IMG/VR virus record: IMGVR_UViG_3300009499_000008
Coordinates: 1-64,000 of that record
Strand: one strand, 5' to 3'
Length of the DNA stretch: 64,000 nucleotides
From: a virus
This document shows, in pieces, positions 55,064 to 64,000 of this stretch (positions are counted from its first letter, which is position 1; the number at the start of each line of letters is the position of its first letter). A program made the translations under genes and the position numbers. The notes beneath the pieces are model-generated. The model ran no database searches, was not told the DNA's origin, and was given only the letters and a program-made list of their open reading frames with translations.

Positions 55064-56463
55064 CAGAGTAAATCCTCTGGTATGAATAGGAAGGTCGGTC
55101 TTATTTCCTCGCCAGCACTTCCTAAAAGAATATGTGCTTCTACTACTTTCATATTATAATCAATTTCTCTGTAGCGTCCAGTTACTAAATCGCCTACGTT
55201 CCAGTCTCTTCCATACTGAGTCCCCTCAGTAGGGATTCCTTGGAATTCGAAAGTAAACATCTCCTTGTTTTCCATAAGGAAGGCATCTCCCATAGCATTC
55301 AATGCCGCTGTATTGATATTTTGTGATCCCTCAAGGAAAGCCTCGATTCGATTCCACGGGGAGTCGAACTGAGCATCGTAAAGGCTGAAGCGTTCGACGA
55401 TCTCTCTAGCTGCTCCAATACCGTCACCAGCAACATAAGCCATCGTAGTCTCCGCAATACGATCCGTCACAATTCTGGGGTTGACCATATTCCCTCGTTG
55501 AAGGGAGAATATCGTAGGCACGTTGCCATCGACATTGCCCACTCTACGGTCTAAGCCAATTCTAGGATAGTATACATGAAAAGTCAATGTAGGCCCTATG
55601 CGATCTACATCGAAGTCTGCTCCAAGCTCTGAAAGAATCTCTATTTCATCAGAAACTCCCACGCCTCGTAAATTTCTAGTTACAGCAGCCCCCTGATTAG
55701 TGTCAGCTTCCACAGAAAAGTTAGCAAATTGTCTCAATCCATCCAAAGCTGAAGAACCTAATTGAAATCGTGCTAGTTCACGCATTACATCTGTAAAAGC
55801 GTCAGTCCTGCTAAAAAAGGCGCTTGCTGCATCTGGTCTGATGATTCGGCGTTTTACCATCGATTTAAGATCTGGACCCAAGGAAAGATAGATCTCTTTA
55901 TCTGCGCTATCTACAAGAAATTCATGTCGTCTGTGAAAACCCTCAAAATCGGTATACCACTCTCCGTTAGGATACTTGCGTCTAACTTGAACGAATCTAT
56001 CTAAAGCGAACTCTGAAGATCGTGTTGCAAGAACTCTGAGACGAAAGTTACCATAATTATGGTGTCCTTGGCCATTGACACTTTTTATATATTCTAAATT
56101 TTCAAAGCCTCCAGCATCATCGAATAAAGCAAGCTGCGTACCATCATGATCGTAAAGGATCACTTGATAACGGCCCATCAATTCAGGCGGTACGATACAA
56201 GGCACTACTGGTATTGGTATCGGAGGTGGAGGAGGTGGAGGAGGCGGAGCATCCTCCTCTACATAATCCACCTCAAGTAATATTTGAGTAACACGCCGCT
56301 CTTCGGTTGCATCCTGATCGACTTCGGCAAGTACTTGAGTGATACGACGATCTGTGTCTTGGATCTGATCGATCTCTGCCAAGACTTGAGTGATACGACG
56401 ATTGGAATCCTGTTCCTGATCGATCTCGGCTAAGAGTTGTGTAATGCGTCTTTCGTCGCCCAC
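55063..56463 (-). CDS. Tail hub protein (ReqiPepy6 Gp37-like) with four N-terminal 17-aa repeats and a polyproline linker
   Basis: AYVAGDG.G..R, RIEAF, YGRDWNVGDLVT; repeats RR(I/V)TQxL(A/L)E(I/V)D followed by nine prolines. Confidence 0.8.
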   Translation of the reverse strand: MGDERRITQLLAEIDQEQDSNRRITQVLAEIDQIQDTDRRITQVLAEVDQDATEERRVTQILLEVDYVEEDAPPPPPPPPPIPIPVVPCIVPPELMGRYQVILYDHDGTQLALFDDAGGFENLEYIKSVNGQGHHNYGNFRLRVLATRSSEFALDRFVQVRRKYPNGEWYTDFEGFHRRHEFLVDSADKEIYLSLGPDLKSMVKRRIIRPDAASAFFSRTDAFTDVMRELARFQLGSSALDGLRQFANFSVEADTNQGAAVTRNLRGVGVSDEIEILSELGADFDVDRIGPTLTFHVYYPRIGLDRRVGNVDGNVPTIFSLQRGNMVNPRIVTDRIAETTMAYVAGDGIGAAREIVERFSLYDAQFDSPWNRIEAFLEGSQNINTAALNAMGDAFLMENKEMFTFEFQGIPTEGTQYGRDWNVGDLVTGRYREIDYNMKVVEAHILLGSAGEEIRPTFLFIPEDLL

Positions 56464-56464
56464 A

Positions 56465-57484
56465 CTACCTCACCACCACGCCAGCTTCTATGGCGTTAAC
56501 TTCGTCTTCCGTCCAATCCTGTCCAGTATCGGGGCTAGTGCCCAAAACTTCTGGGTGATAATCATACGATCTATCGTATGGAACGTCGTCACCTTGATGA
56601 TCGACTCCATAAAGTCGCAGCAAACGAGCAAAATCTCCCCCCTGTGATACAGTATTATAAGCTCTACATAACCACTGTACCGCTGCAATATTAGCAACTT
56701 GTCCAGGTGTAATAACTAAATCTTGCATTGTATAGGTATCTTTTAAATCTGTCGTAGCTTGCTCGACGTAAGCAGCGTCGTCATCTGGAGGGACTTCATT
56801 TACTGCAGCCCAGTTAGCTCCAGCACTTGGTATCAGTTGTGTATAGTTGCCTGCACCAGTTGGCACAAGTCCTACAATGCCTCCAAGTCCAGGCCAAGAA
56901 TTATTCCTGATTCCATGAATACTATTAATCACCAAATCATCATAATATCCATAGCAAACATATCCACCATCGGAATAAGATGCTCCCCATACTATCACCA
57001 AGACCTCATCATCTGCGTCAACTTGAGTATCTCCTGAGAAGTCGATGACCTGCACACCATCGATCCTAACCTGAATCACACCAACAGCATTGTCTATGAG
57101 CACGCGGATTTCAATGCAGCACCAAGCATTAGTAGGCACGACACCACCAGAGACTATCAATGCGTCATTATGATCGCCTAGTCTAACTAAGAAGACGCTA
57201 TCAGCCTGCCGTACTTGAAAGGTAAGTAATTTAGCTCCCAGATTATCAAGTAAAGTACAAAATGTACGATCATTGCTTCCGCCTGTCATATAAAGACCGA
57301 TTCTAAAGAATAATTCTGTGTATCCAGTTCTGAGAGTTAACCATGCACGATCATCCGCACTCGGTATATGCAAGGAATAAGCACCTGTACGTGCCTGCGC
57401 AGCAGATATAACCGCTGCACTATCGACGCGAGGAAAGACATCTAGTGAACCAGCTTCTAGACCACTCATCCACAGTCTGGTCAT
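56465..57484 (-). CDS. Putative adhesin/receptor-binding protein, paralog B (lectin-like beta domains)
   Basis: WCCIEI, VRIDG..VI, YYDD; colinear with 57481-58488; ATGA overlap supports start 57484. Confidence 0.65.
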   Translation of the reverse strand: MTRLWMSGLEAGSLDVFPRVDSAAVISAAQARTGAYSLHIPSADDRAWLTLRTGYTELFFRIGLYMTGGSNDRTFCTLLDNLGAKLLTFQVRQADSVFLVRLGDHNDALIVSGGVVPTNAWCCIEIRVLIDNAVGVIQVRIDGVQVIDFSGDTQVDADDEVLVIVWGASYSDGGYVCYGYYDDLVINSIHGIRNNSWPGLGGIVGLVPTGAGNYTQLIPSAGANWAAVNEVPPDDDAAYVEQATTDLKDTYTMQDLVITPGQVANIAAVQWLCRAYNTVSQGGDFARLLRLYGVDHQGDDVPYDRSYDYHPEVLGTSPDTGQDWTEDEVNAIEAGVVVR

Positions 57485-58488
57485 CGTATTTTCACTCCCA
57501 ATTCCATACCATTGACAGCAGCAACGAGCCATGCACCTACGGCTTCAGGATCTTCATCTAGAATCTCAGGATAGTAATCGTAATCAGCATCGATTGCAAT
57601 GTCCGCTCCTTGATGATCTACTCCACCAATACGCAGAATTCGTGCGATTTCTGGGTTGCCAACAAGATCTGATTTGGCCCTTGCAAGCCACTGCACCGCT
57701 GCAATCGTCCCTGTAGCTACCAAGTTAGAAGCCGCATAACTATCATGATCATCGATGAGAGTATCGAAGACATATGATGTATCATCATCTGGTGGTACTT
57801 CGTCTACGTCCTCCCAGTTGGCTTCTGCACCACCAGGGACTCGCTGTAGGTCGGTGCTAAAGCCTGCACCAGTCGGGAAGATCGCTGGTATGCCTCCACG
57901 ACCGATCCAAGAAGCGTTCACAACACCAGAAGTATCGTTGAAGGCAATGTCGTCATAATAACCGGGACAACCGTTAGCTTGTGCTCTCCCAAGCCAAAAG
58001 CTTCGGACGTTAGCATTGGCCGTCTGTTGGGTATTTCCTGCAAAATTAATAACTAGCATACCATCCACTTTGAGCTGAAAGACTCCGTTGGCATTATCAA
58101 CAAGTAGACGAAACTCAATGCAGTGCCATCTGTTTTGATGCATCTCTCCACCCACGCCGATGACCGTACCGTTATAAGCTCCTCGTTTGGCAACCAAAAT
58201 CCCGGTCCTATTTGGTAATGTGATCGTGAATTGTATGCCCCCTACACTATCAAACAAGGATATGACTTCCGCGTTAACCCCTTGTGAGTTATGGCGAAGG
58301 CCAATTCTGCCAAAGATCTCGGTTTCGTTAGCAGGAAAAGCAGATCCAACCGCATCGGTAGCACCACTGGCCTCTAGCGAATACGTTCCTGTACGAGCCT
58401 GAGCGTTCGTCACTACAGGGCTAAATGCCTGAGAATCGAAAATATCGAGATGTCCTGCTTCAAGACCACTCATCCATATTCTTGCCAT
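57481..58488 (-). CDS. Putative adhesin/receptor-binding protein, paralog A
   Basis: Shares WMSGLEAG, QARTG.YSL, PTGAG, EVPPDDD, IAAVQWL, GVDHQG, YDY.PE with paralog B. Confidence 0.65.
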   Translation of the reverse strand: MARIWMSGLEAGHLDIFDSQAFSPVVTNAQARTGTYSLEASGATDAVGSAFPANETEIFGRIGLRHNSQGVNAEVISLFDSVGGIQFTITLPNRTGILVAKRGAYNGTVIGVGGEMHQNRWHCIEFRLLVDNANGVFQLKVDGMLVINFAGNTQQTANANVRSFWLGRAQANGCPGYYDDIAFNDTSGVVNASWIGRGGIPAIFPTGAGFSTDLQRVPGGAEANWEDVDEVPPDDDTSYVFDTLIDDHDSYAASNLVATGTIAAVQWLARAKSDLVGNPEIARILRIGGVDHQGADIAIDADYDYYPEILDEDPEAVGAWLVAAVNGMELGVKIR

Positions 58489-58498
58489 AATATTTACC

Positions 58499-60118
58499 TC
58501 ACCAAGAAATGTGTGAAACTTGATCCCATTGATCGATGGGACATTTTACGATGCCGCCCATAAATGGCTGAATCCTGATTCCCTTGTGATCAAATGTGTC
58601 ACGCAGAGGTGCACCAAGATTATTCTTCTTAGCATACAATGGAAAGGCATGTGTCGGAGTATGAGGCACACCGATAGAGTTCCAAGCCAAATCACGAATC
58701 TCTTCGTCGATTGGGCCGTCTGAAGGTGGTGCTGGCAATGGTCCTATCGCCCTGATAATGCTCCGCGCCGCGCCTTCATCGTGGCCGAAGGAAATCCATT
58801 CTGATTCGGGACCCCAATCGAATAGGAGCAAACTCTTGAGCCAGGGGAATTGCTGTGCTCGGCGCTCGCCCTCTGCAACCTCTTGAAAGTAGGTCGCGGG
58901 ATCACAGAGCGTGAGCCAGCCAGTCTTTGGGGCGTGGCCTGACTTCTCTGGTGCTATACCGCCGTCCACGCCCCACTCAGTCACCAGCAGCTTCAGCTTC
59001 GATACGTCCACGCCCAATTGTCGCCACATCTCCACGTCCCATTCGATACGGCCCAGGGCGTGCCAACGACCCAGCGGCCCCTCAACTCCTGGCCGCCAAT
59101 AGGCGTGCAAGCCTACGTAGTGCCCCAGAGCGACAGCCACCTTTACTGCTGGGGCCAGCTGTTGTAGCTTCCATGCACTCACACCTGTGTCGCCCGTCTG
59201 ATTGTCTCCAGGGTTCCCTTCTGGCAGATCAAGAATGACTAGTTTGATTCCACTAGCAGATGCCTCCCGCATAGCCCCGATGGAGTAGGCGCAGAGGTTT
59301 GCCAAGCCCTCATTGGAGTTACAGTCTGGCTCATTTGCCAGGGAGTAACAGGTCGCCCACGGTCTCTCGCGCCAAGCGAAAAGCATAAAGCGCATAAAGT
59401 CCCTGCCACCCTCTTCCCCCCTGGGCACGAATTGATCATCAATCTTGTCTGTGTGTATTCGCACAATCTTATTGGGGATGCGCGGCATGGGGTCAGGGCC
59501 AGCGGGTGGGTCCACGAACTTCACCCAGTTGCTATCCAAGTCTATCAACGCCTGTTGCATCCACGGCTCGATCTTCTGTATGTGTGCCGATGTCTTTGTC
59601 ATACTCTTTCTTCTCCCGTAATTTCCTAGCCACGCAATATCTTTATAGTAAAAGTCTAAAATCGCTCTGCAAGTCCAGCCTTTCTCGGCCATTGCTTGCG
59701 CTCCATATTGGCACAAGCCCCTACTGTGGCCGTGTTTAACTCTTCCACAGGGGCACTTGGCGACTCGAAGCCACTTGCCCCAATCATCAAGAGTCTTTCC
59801 GCCGCACGAAGCATGATACCAAGTAGGAACTAACTTCCTCTGATACAGTCCCACGATGCCACGGGTAGCTTCAACGATTGCATCCGTCCGTGCCATGCGT
59901 TTCGCTGGGTTGAATACTTGATCTCGTGTGTCAGCGTAGACAAATCCTCGCTCGACCACTTTTGCTAGGCCATAAGTACGAATGACATGAGCTTGAGCTC
60001 TTAGTGCCTCTTTGTGCCAATGTGAAGGCATTTCCGCTGGAAGTACAGCCTTCACATACTCCTCGATATTCAAAGCAAGAAGATTACTACCATCTATGGC
60101 GACTTTTATAATAGGCAT
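58499..60118 (-). CDS. Modular lysin: SpoIID/LytB domain, glycoside hydrolase-like barrel, C-terminal binding domain
   Basis: EEYVKAVLPAEM, EALRAQA..RTY, YHASCGG, GHSRGLCQYGA; then NEPD, LHAYW, VTEWG. Confidence 0.75.
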   Translation of the reverse strand: MPIIKVAIDGSNLLALNIEEYVKAVLPAEMPSHWHKEALRAQAHVIRTYGLAKVVERGFVYADTRDQVFNPAKRMARTDAIVEATRGIVGLYQRKLVPTWYHASCGGKTLDDWGKWLRVAKCPCGRVKHGHSRGLCQYGAQAMAEKGWTCRAILDFYYKDIAWLGNYGRRKSMTKTSAHIQKIEPWMQQALIDLDSNWVKFVDPPAGPDPMPRIPNKIVRIHTDKIDDQFVPRGEEGGRDFMRFMLFAWRERPWATCYSLANEPDCNSNEGLANLCAYSIGAMREASASGIKLVILDLPEGNPGDNQTGDTGVSAWKLQQLAPAVKVAVALGHYVGLHAYWRPGVEGPLGRWHALGRIEWDVEMWRQLGVDVSKLKLLVTEWGVDGGIAPEKSGHAPKTGWLTLCDPATYFQEVAEGERRAQQFPWLKSLLLFDWGPESEWISFGHDEGAARSIIRAIGPLPAPPSDGPIDEEIRDLAWNSIGVPHTPTHAFPLYAKKNNLGAPLRDTFDHKGIRIQPFMGGIVKCPIDQWDQVSHISW

Positions 60119-60120
60119 AT

Positions 60121-61092
60121 CTAGCTATCTGCTGTATAAGTGACTAACCATCCAGGGCAGTAAACGATGGCATTGACTGAATCCGCTGGATCAGTTGCAT
60201 CTCGAAGAGTGAGAAAGTTAATCATATCACCTATTGCCGCATTAGGTAAGGGAGTAGACATAATGCAATTTCGTTGATTCAATGTAACCGCAATCGCCTG
60301 ATTCACCGCATTAAATTCGGCAAAATGAGTATCCCAAAGTTGAGCACAAGCTCCATAACTAGCACCAAAGTATACCATAGCATTTCCAGTTGCATCAGGA
60401 ATTATAACTGTTTGAACTACCATATCGCTCACAAAGTCTTCAGGAACCATAGTAAAACCGAAGGTTTCTTGTGTTTGCGCGTCTTTAAGTTTATAGCCTT
60501 TCCATGCCTCCTCTTCATCTGCACCATGAGCAGGAACGAAAAATCTACGTGTTCTAGCCCCTAAACCAGTACCTACAGTGATAAATTCTCGATCATCTGA
60601 CTGAATAGTTACGACGCCTGCATCACTGATATTGATTTGATAAAGCGGTATTTCCCAAAGCACGCCATCAGTCTGAGTCACTGCTGGTGCAGCGGCATTC
60701 TCGGCAGGATTGATGAGACGAATAAGACGTATAGTTTGGGCTAATTGAATTGCTGGATCTCTTGCTGCACTATTAATATTCGCCCAAGTACTGGACAAAA
60801 CGATTCTATCCCGTCGCCAGTTACCTGCGGTTGCGCTTACTGGTGCAAAATCTACATTAGCGGTATTTCTATACCATTTTCCTTTGACTAAAGCAGCACC
60901 AGAAGCGATACGGAACTGATTAGCGCCAAGAATCGACCCAGCCAAATCTCCACCACGATTAGCCAAAACGCCTAAATTGACATCTGAGTTGAACATATCC
61001 TCAAATTGATCATCCCACTCAGATGCGTTGTAAGGTGCTCTTACAGCGTCACCCACTGCAACGCCATCCCACGGGCCACTCGTCTCTGCCAT
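60121..61092 (-). CDS. Minor tail/baseplate upper protein
   Basis: GAALVKGKWY.N, RRDRIVL, WEIPLYQI; follows the distal tail gene. Confidence 0.7.
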   Translation of the reverse strand: MAETSGPWDGVAVGDAVRAPYNASEWDDQFEDMFNSDVNLGVLANRGGDLAGSILGANQFRIASGAALVKGKWYRNTANVDFAPVSATAGNWRRDRIVLSSTWANINSAARDPAIQLAQTIRLIRLINPAENAAAPAVTQTDGVLWEIPLYQINISDAGVVTIQSDDREFITVGTGLGARTRRFFVPAHGADEEEAWKGYKLKDAQTQETFGFTMVPEDFVSDMVVQTVIIPDATGNAMVYFGASYGACAQLWDTHFAEFNAVNQAIAVTLNQRNCIMSTPLPNAAIGDMINFLTLRDATDPADSVNAIVYCPGWLVTYTADS

Positions 61093-61101
61093 ATTGTCCT
61101 C

Positions 61102-62007
61102 CTAAATACCTAAATATCTATTGAACCACTCTATTCTGGCCTGTCCTGAACTTCCCAAATTTACGCCAAAAAAGTAAATATCATTTAATCCACTTGGAGC
61201 TAACGGGCTAGGATCTAAATGAAATGTTCCCAAATCTGAATCACTGCTCAAATAGCCAAGTAGATTCTCATCCATATTATTAGTTACAGTTTTAATTCCT
61301 GGAGTAGTATCTATCGTAACTACCTCTCCAGCCGCTACAGCATAATTGAGTTTCAATCGCTCGCCAGTAGTTTGATTCTCCACCATAGGACCTTCCATAG
61401 AACCAGTAAAGATAATCATTGGATGAGAAATCCAATTTCCCCCATTTATCACAGTTACTATTTCTGATAGAACATTGTTCACTCCAAACATTATCGGAAA
61501 CGCTGCTGGAAGAATGAGCCACTGTTCTATATCCGCGCCAGATACTTCCTCCCCCTGTGGTGGACTATACCACACTGGATCGTAAGCGATCAAACGAAAA
61601 GCGATTCCTTGAGTTTCTGGTTGAATTTGTCCAACGGTACTCGCAGTAAAGCCTGCGTCGAATACGGTATTTCGTAATTCATAGATAGTTCCATCATCGA
61701 AAAGGATTTGAAACTTGAACGCCCCCAGCAAAGGATTCATTAACTCGATCATCTGAGTCCGCAATGCCCACATCTGTGGCCTATCACAGCCTCGTAAGTG
61801 CATTGTCACCTGTACTATTCTCGGCCTGAGCACAGTGCCCAGCAGAGTCTCCCCATGTTGAAATGGGGAACGAGAAGTCCTGTGCTCTAAACGAGGCATG
61901 GCTAATCCACTGACCTCTATAAGAGGCATAGGCCATTCTAACCAAGTTTTGTCATCACAGGCTGTGACAATGCGGAAAGTCTCGCCTTTTCGATGTCTAA
62001 CGCGCAT
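61102..62007 (-). CDS. Distal tail protein (Dit)
   Basis: PFQHGET, AYDPVWY, NGGNW.SHP.I..G, LAP..N; directly after the tape measure gene. Confidence 0.85.
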   Translation of the reverse strand: MRVRHRKGETFRIVTACDDKTWLEWPMPLIEVSGLAMPRLEHRTSRSPFQHGETLLGTVLRPRIVQVTMHLRGCDRPQMWALRTQMIELMNPLLGAFKFQILFDDGTIYELRNTVFDAGFTASTVGQIQPETQGIAFRLIAYDPVWYSPPQGEEVSGADIEQWLILPAAFPIMFGVNNVLSEIVTVINGGNWISHPMIIFTGSMEGPMVENQTTGERLKLNYAVAAGEVVTIDTTPGIKTVTNNMDENLLGYLSSDSDLGTFHLDPSPLAPSGLNDIYFFGVNLGSSGQARIEWFNRYLGI

Positions 62008-64000
62008 AGGATAACATTAACTCCACATCATCTACTATAGTCGCTGGAGATTGTGTATCACTATAATGAGCTTCTAATTGAATTGTAGGTCCAGGTGTTC
62101 CAGTAGGTACTACTATGATTGGCGGTGTAGGTGCTGGCACTGGGGCTGGCACAGTTGGAGTCGCGGCAGCACCAGTAGTTGCTCCTCCTTTCATAATGAG
62201 AGGAAGCTCCATAATCTTTTCTAGGGTCTCCAATCTTTTCTTTTCTACTTCCAATTGTTCCTTCTCCAACTTTAGAGTAGCTTCTGTCATATCTTTTATA
62301 GATTGCATAAAGCCTAACTCTGTTTCTTTTTCATAGATTATATCCTGTATAACAGTCAGTTGATCTTTTAACAATCTAATGCGCGCATCATAGTCTTGCT
62401 TAATGATCTCTGCATGAGTCTCAGCTAGGTCACGTATATCTTCCCACAGGGAAATTTCAGTCTCAAGGGCTATCCGAGTTTCAGTTTGTCGTAGACGTGC
62501 TAACTCTAACGCATCACGTGCGTTTTGGATTCTTGTCTCTTCTTGAAAAATTAAGTCTCCTATAGCTAAGAGTTCATCTTCTAACGCGCGAGTTCGCTGT
62601 TCAGCGAGTTCGTCGAAGGCATCGAGTCTACGCTGCGCCTGTTTGACTTCTTCTTCGGCCATTCGCCGTTGTTGCTCTAAAGCTATTCTAGCAGCCGTTT
62701 GTCTGGCCTCCTCCAAACGGAGATTTTCGCGCGCAAAAGTTACTCTATCTTCTTCTAAAGTGATGGCATCGACGAGCATTTGTAAACGTTCTCGTAAGGG
62801 TTCTAATTGTTCATCCAAGACATCTCGTATATCACGCAATCTTTCACGCTCGTTCTTAGTCTGTTTATTTAGAGCTTTCATCTCCTGCTGTCGGATGGCA
62901 AGTTGATCTTGCATGACAGCCGCTTGAGATTCCATTGTAAGGAATCTGGCAGAGGTAACACGCTGCAGAATCCGATTACGCTGCTGCTCCATGAATATTT
63001 CATGGTTGACTATATCAAGACGCTTTCTATCGGTATCGATGATGTCTTGTAAAGCATCCCTTTGCTTTTCCAAAGCACGGAGATGTCTTTCGATTCGTTT
63101 CTGCTCTATCTCGGAGAGACGTTCCATCCTGTCAATTTGTCTCTCGATTTCCCTTCGCTGTCTCCGAAGCGGAATCAATACCAGATCTGCATCGGCGCTG
63201 ATCTGAGTGAAAGCATCTCGCAGAGGCCACAGGGCTTTATCTAGGGCGTAGACTTGATCTTCGATTCCTCGCAAGGATAATTCTGCCGCTTTATGGACAT
63301 TCTCCAGAGATCGACGTTCGAGCGCGATCCGTCTTTGCAGCAAATCTAATTGCCGTTGTAGGGATCTCTCCTGTGCTCTTAGTGGAATGAGTATCTCAGC
63401 AGCAGAAGCCTCGACTCGTCGTAAAGCGAATTCATAAGGCTGCAATGACCTATCCAAGTCTTTGGAAATATCATTGAGTAGATCGAGTTGTGCCTGTGCA
63501 TTTTTGAGAGGTCCTTCAGCCAACTCTTCAGCAGCATCCGCCTCTCTCTGCAAGAGCACGATAGATCTTTGAAGCGATTTCTCCTGTTGCTGCAATGGGA
63601 TAAGGACTAGTTGCGCTTTTAATCTTTGAGTCTCAAAAGACTTTTCTAAAAGGCTCAAATCAACATCGATTCGACGAATCTGCGAATCAATTCCTTCAAT
63701 CAGACCCTCTACAAAAGCTTCTCCTGTGCGTCTTCCTGCTTGTGCAGCCTCGTCTTCAACTTCTCCAAAGACTCTTCTAAACCATCGTACAAATTGTTCG
63801 GCAAGCTCTCGTTCGGGACCTACGAAGGGCCTCATTATAAGTGCCTTATTTATTCTCTCTAAGGAGTCAACGGCTTCATCTATAGGAGCACCTCGCAGAT
63901 CTTTAATCAGTTTAATAACGCCACCAATTGCAATAGCAAGGGCGGCTAAACCCGCAACGACTAAACCAATCGTTGGAAGAGCAGCTGCCAATTTTGCAGC
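61997..64000 (-). CDS. Tape measure protein, C-terminal part (start lies beyond the window)
   Basis: Frame open to 64000; long helical/coiled-coil sequence with a hydrophobic segment; upstream of Dit. Confidence 0.85.
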   Translation of the reverse strand, partial: AAKLAAALPTIGLVVAGLAALAIAIGGVIKLIKDLRGAPIDEAVDSLERINKALIMRPFVGPERELAEQFVRWFRRVFGEVEDEAAQAGRRTGEAFVEGLIEGIDSQIRRIDVDLSLLEKSFETQRLKAQLVLIPLQQQEKSLQRSIVLLQREADAAEELAEGPLKNAQAQLDLLNDISKDLDRSLQPYEFALRRVEASAAEILIPLRAQERSLQRQLDLLQRRIALERRSLENVHKAAELSLRGIEDQVYALDKALWPLRDAFTQISADADLVLIPLRRQRREIERQIDRMERLSEIEQKRIERHLRALEKQRDALQDIIDTDRKRLDIVNHEIFMEQQRNRILQRVTSARFLTMESQAAVMQDQLAIRQQEMKALNKQTKNERERLRDIRDVLDEQLEPLRERLQMLVDAITLEEDRVTFARENLRLEEARQTAARIALEQQRRMAEEEVKQAQRRLDAFDELAEQRTRALEDELLAIGDLIFQEETRIQNARDALELARLRQTETRIALETEISLWEDIRDLAETHAEIIKQDYDARIRLLKDQLTVIQDIIYEKETELGFMQSIKDMTEATLKLEKEQLEVEKKRLETLEKIMELPLIMKGGATTGAAATPTVPAPVPAPTPPIIVVPTGTPGPTIQLEAHYSDTQSPATIVDDVELMLSYAR

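Noticed and set aside
56220-56250. Polyproline tract as an extensin-like hydroxyproline arabinosylation target of the GT47/GT75 enzymes
   Set aside because: This needs an oxygen-dependent prolyl hydroxylase; none is seen and the gene content points to an anaerobic host.
56465-58488. Diversity-generating retroelement acting on the adhesin paralogs
   Set aside because: No reverse transcriptase in the window, and the differences are spread over the whole genes rather than adenine-specific in a short repeat.
1-64000. Stop-codon reassignment or prophage boundaries
   Set aside because: Core genes are intact in the standard code, and no integrase, att site or host housekeeping flank is visible.

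Overview
The whole window is most of a tailed dsDNA bacteriophage genome (siphovirus-like tail genes). It uses the standard genetic code and no integrase, canonical tRNA, CRISPR array or reverse transcriptase is visible. Both edges cut late genes on the minus strand (prohead protease at the left, tape measure protein at the right), so the genome is probably circular or permuted, with the major capsid and tail tube genes outside the window. Layout: 1-6.7 kb, leftward packaging/head genes (GIY-YIG endonuclease, TerS, TerL, phosphoesterase, portal, protease). 6.9-9.7 kb, leftward small genes. 10.3-27.5 kb, rightward array of small early/middle genes with repeated RBS/promoter junctions, a candidate origin, several promoter-driven structured RNAs, an RNA ligase and an SSB. 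27.5-42.7 kb, replication and nucleotide metabolism (primase-helicase, UDG-PolA fusion, two DNA MTases, class III RNR, RuvC-like, PD-(D/E)XK nuclease, SNF2 helicase, NDT-like). 42.7-64 kb, leftward tail/lysis genes ending in a 10-gene sugar synthesis and glycosyltransferase operon. An anaerobic host is inferred from NrdD and a B12 radical SAM enzyme; Chloroflexota is a weak guess from the protease and lysin style. Top observations: (1) a tail hub protein with four tandem RRITQxLAExD strands next to two adhesin paralogs that may lack exactly that strand (candidate donor-strand docking system); (2) an HNH gene with its own sigma70 promoter and RBS overprinted inside an unbroken methyltransferase ORF; (3) the late glycosylation operon; (4) tRNA-like and cloverleaf ncRNAs behind a shared promoter/operator motif; (5) gene cassettes bounded by short direct repeats. 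Family assignments come from motif recognition by eye, not database searches.
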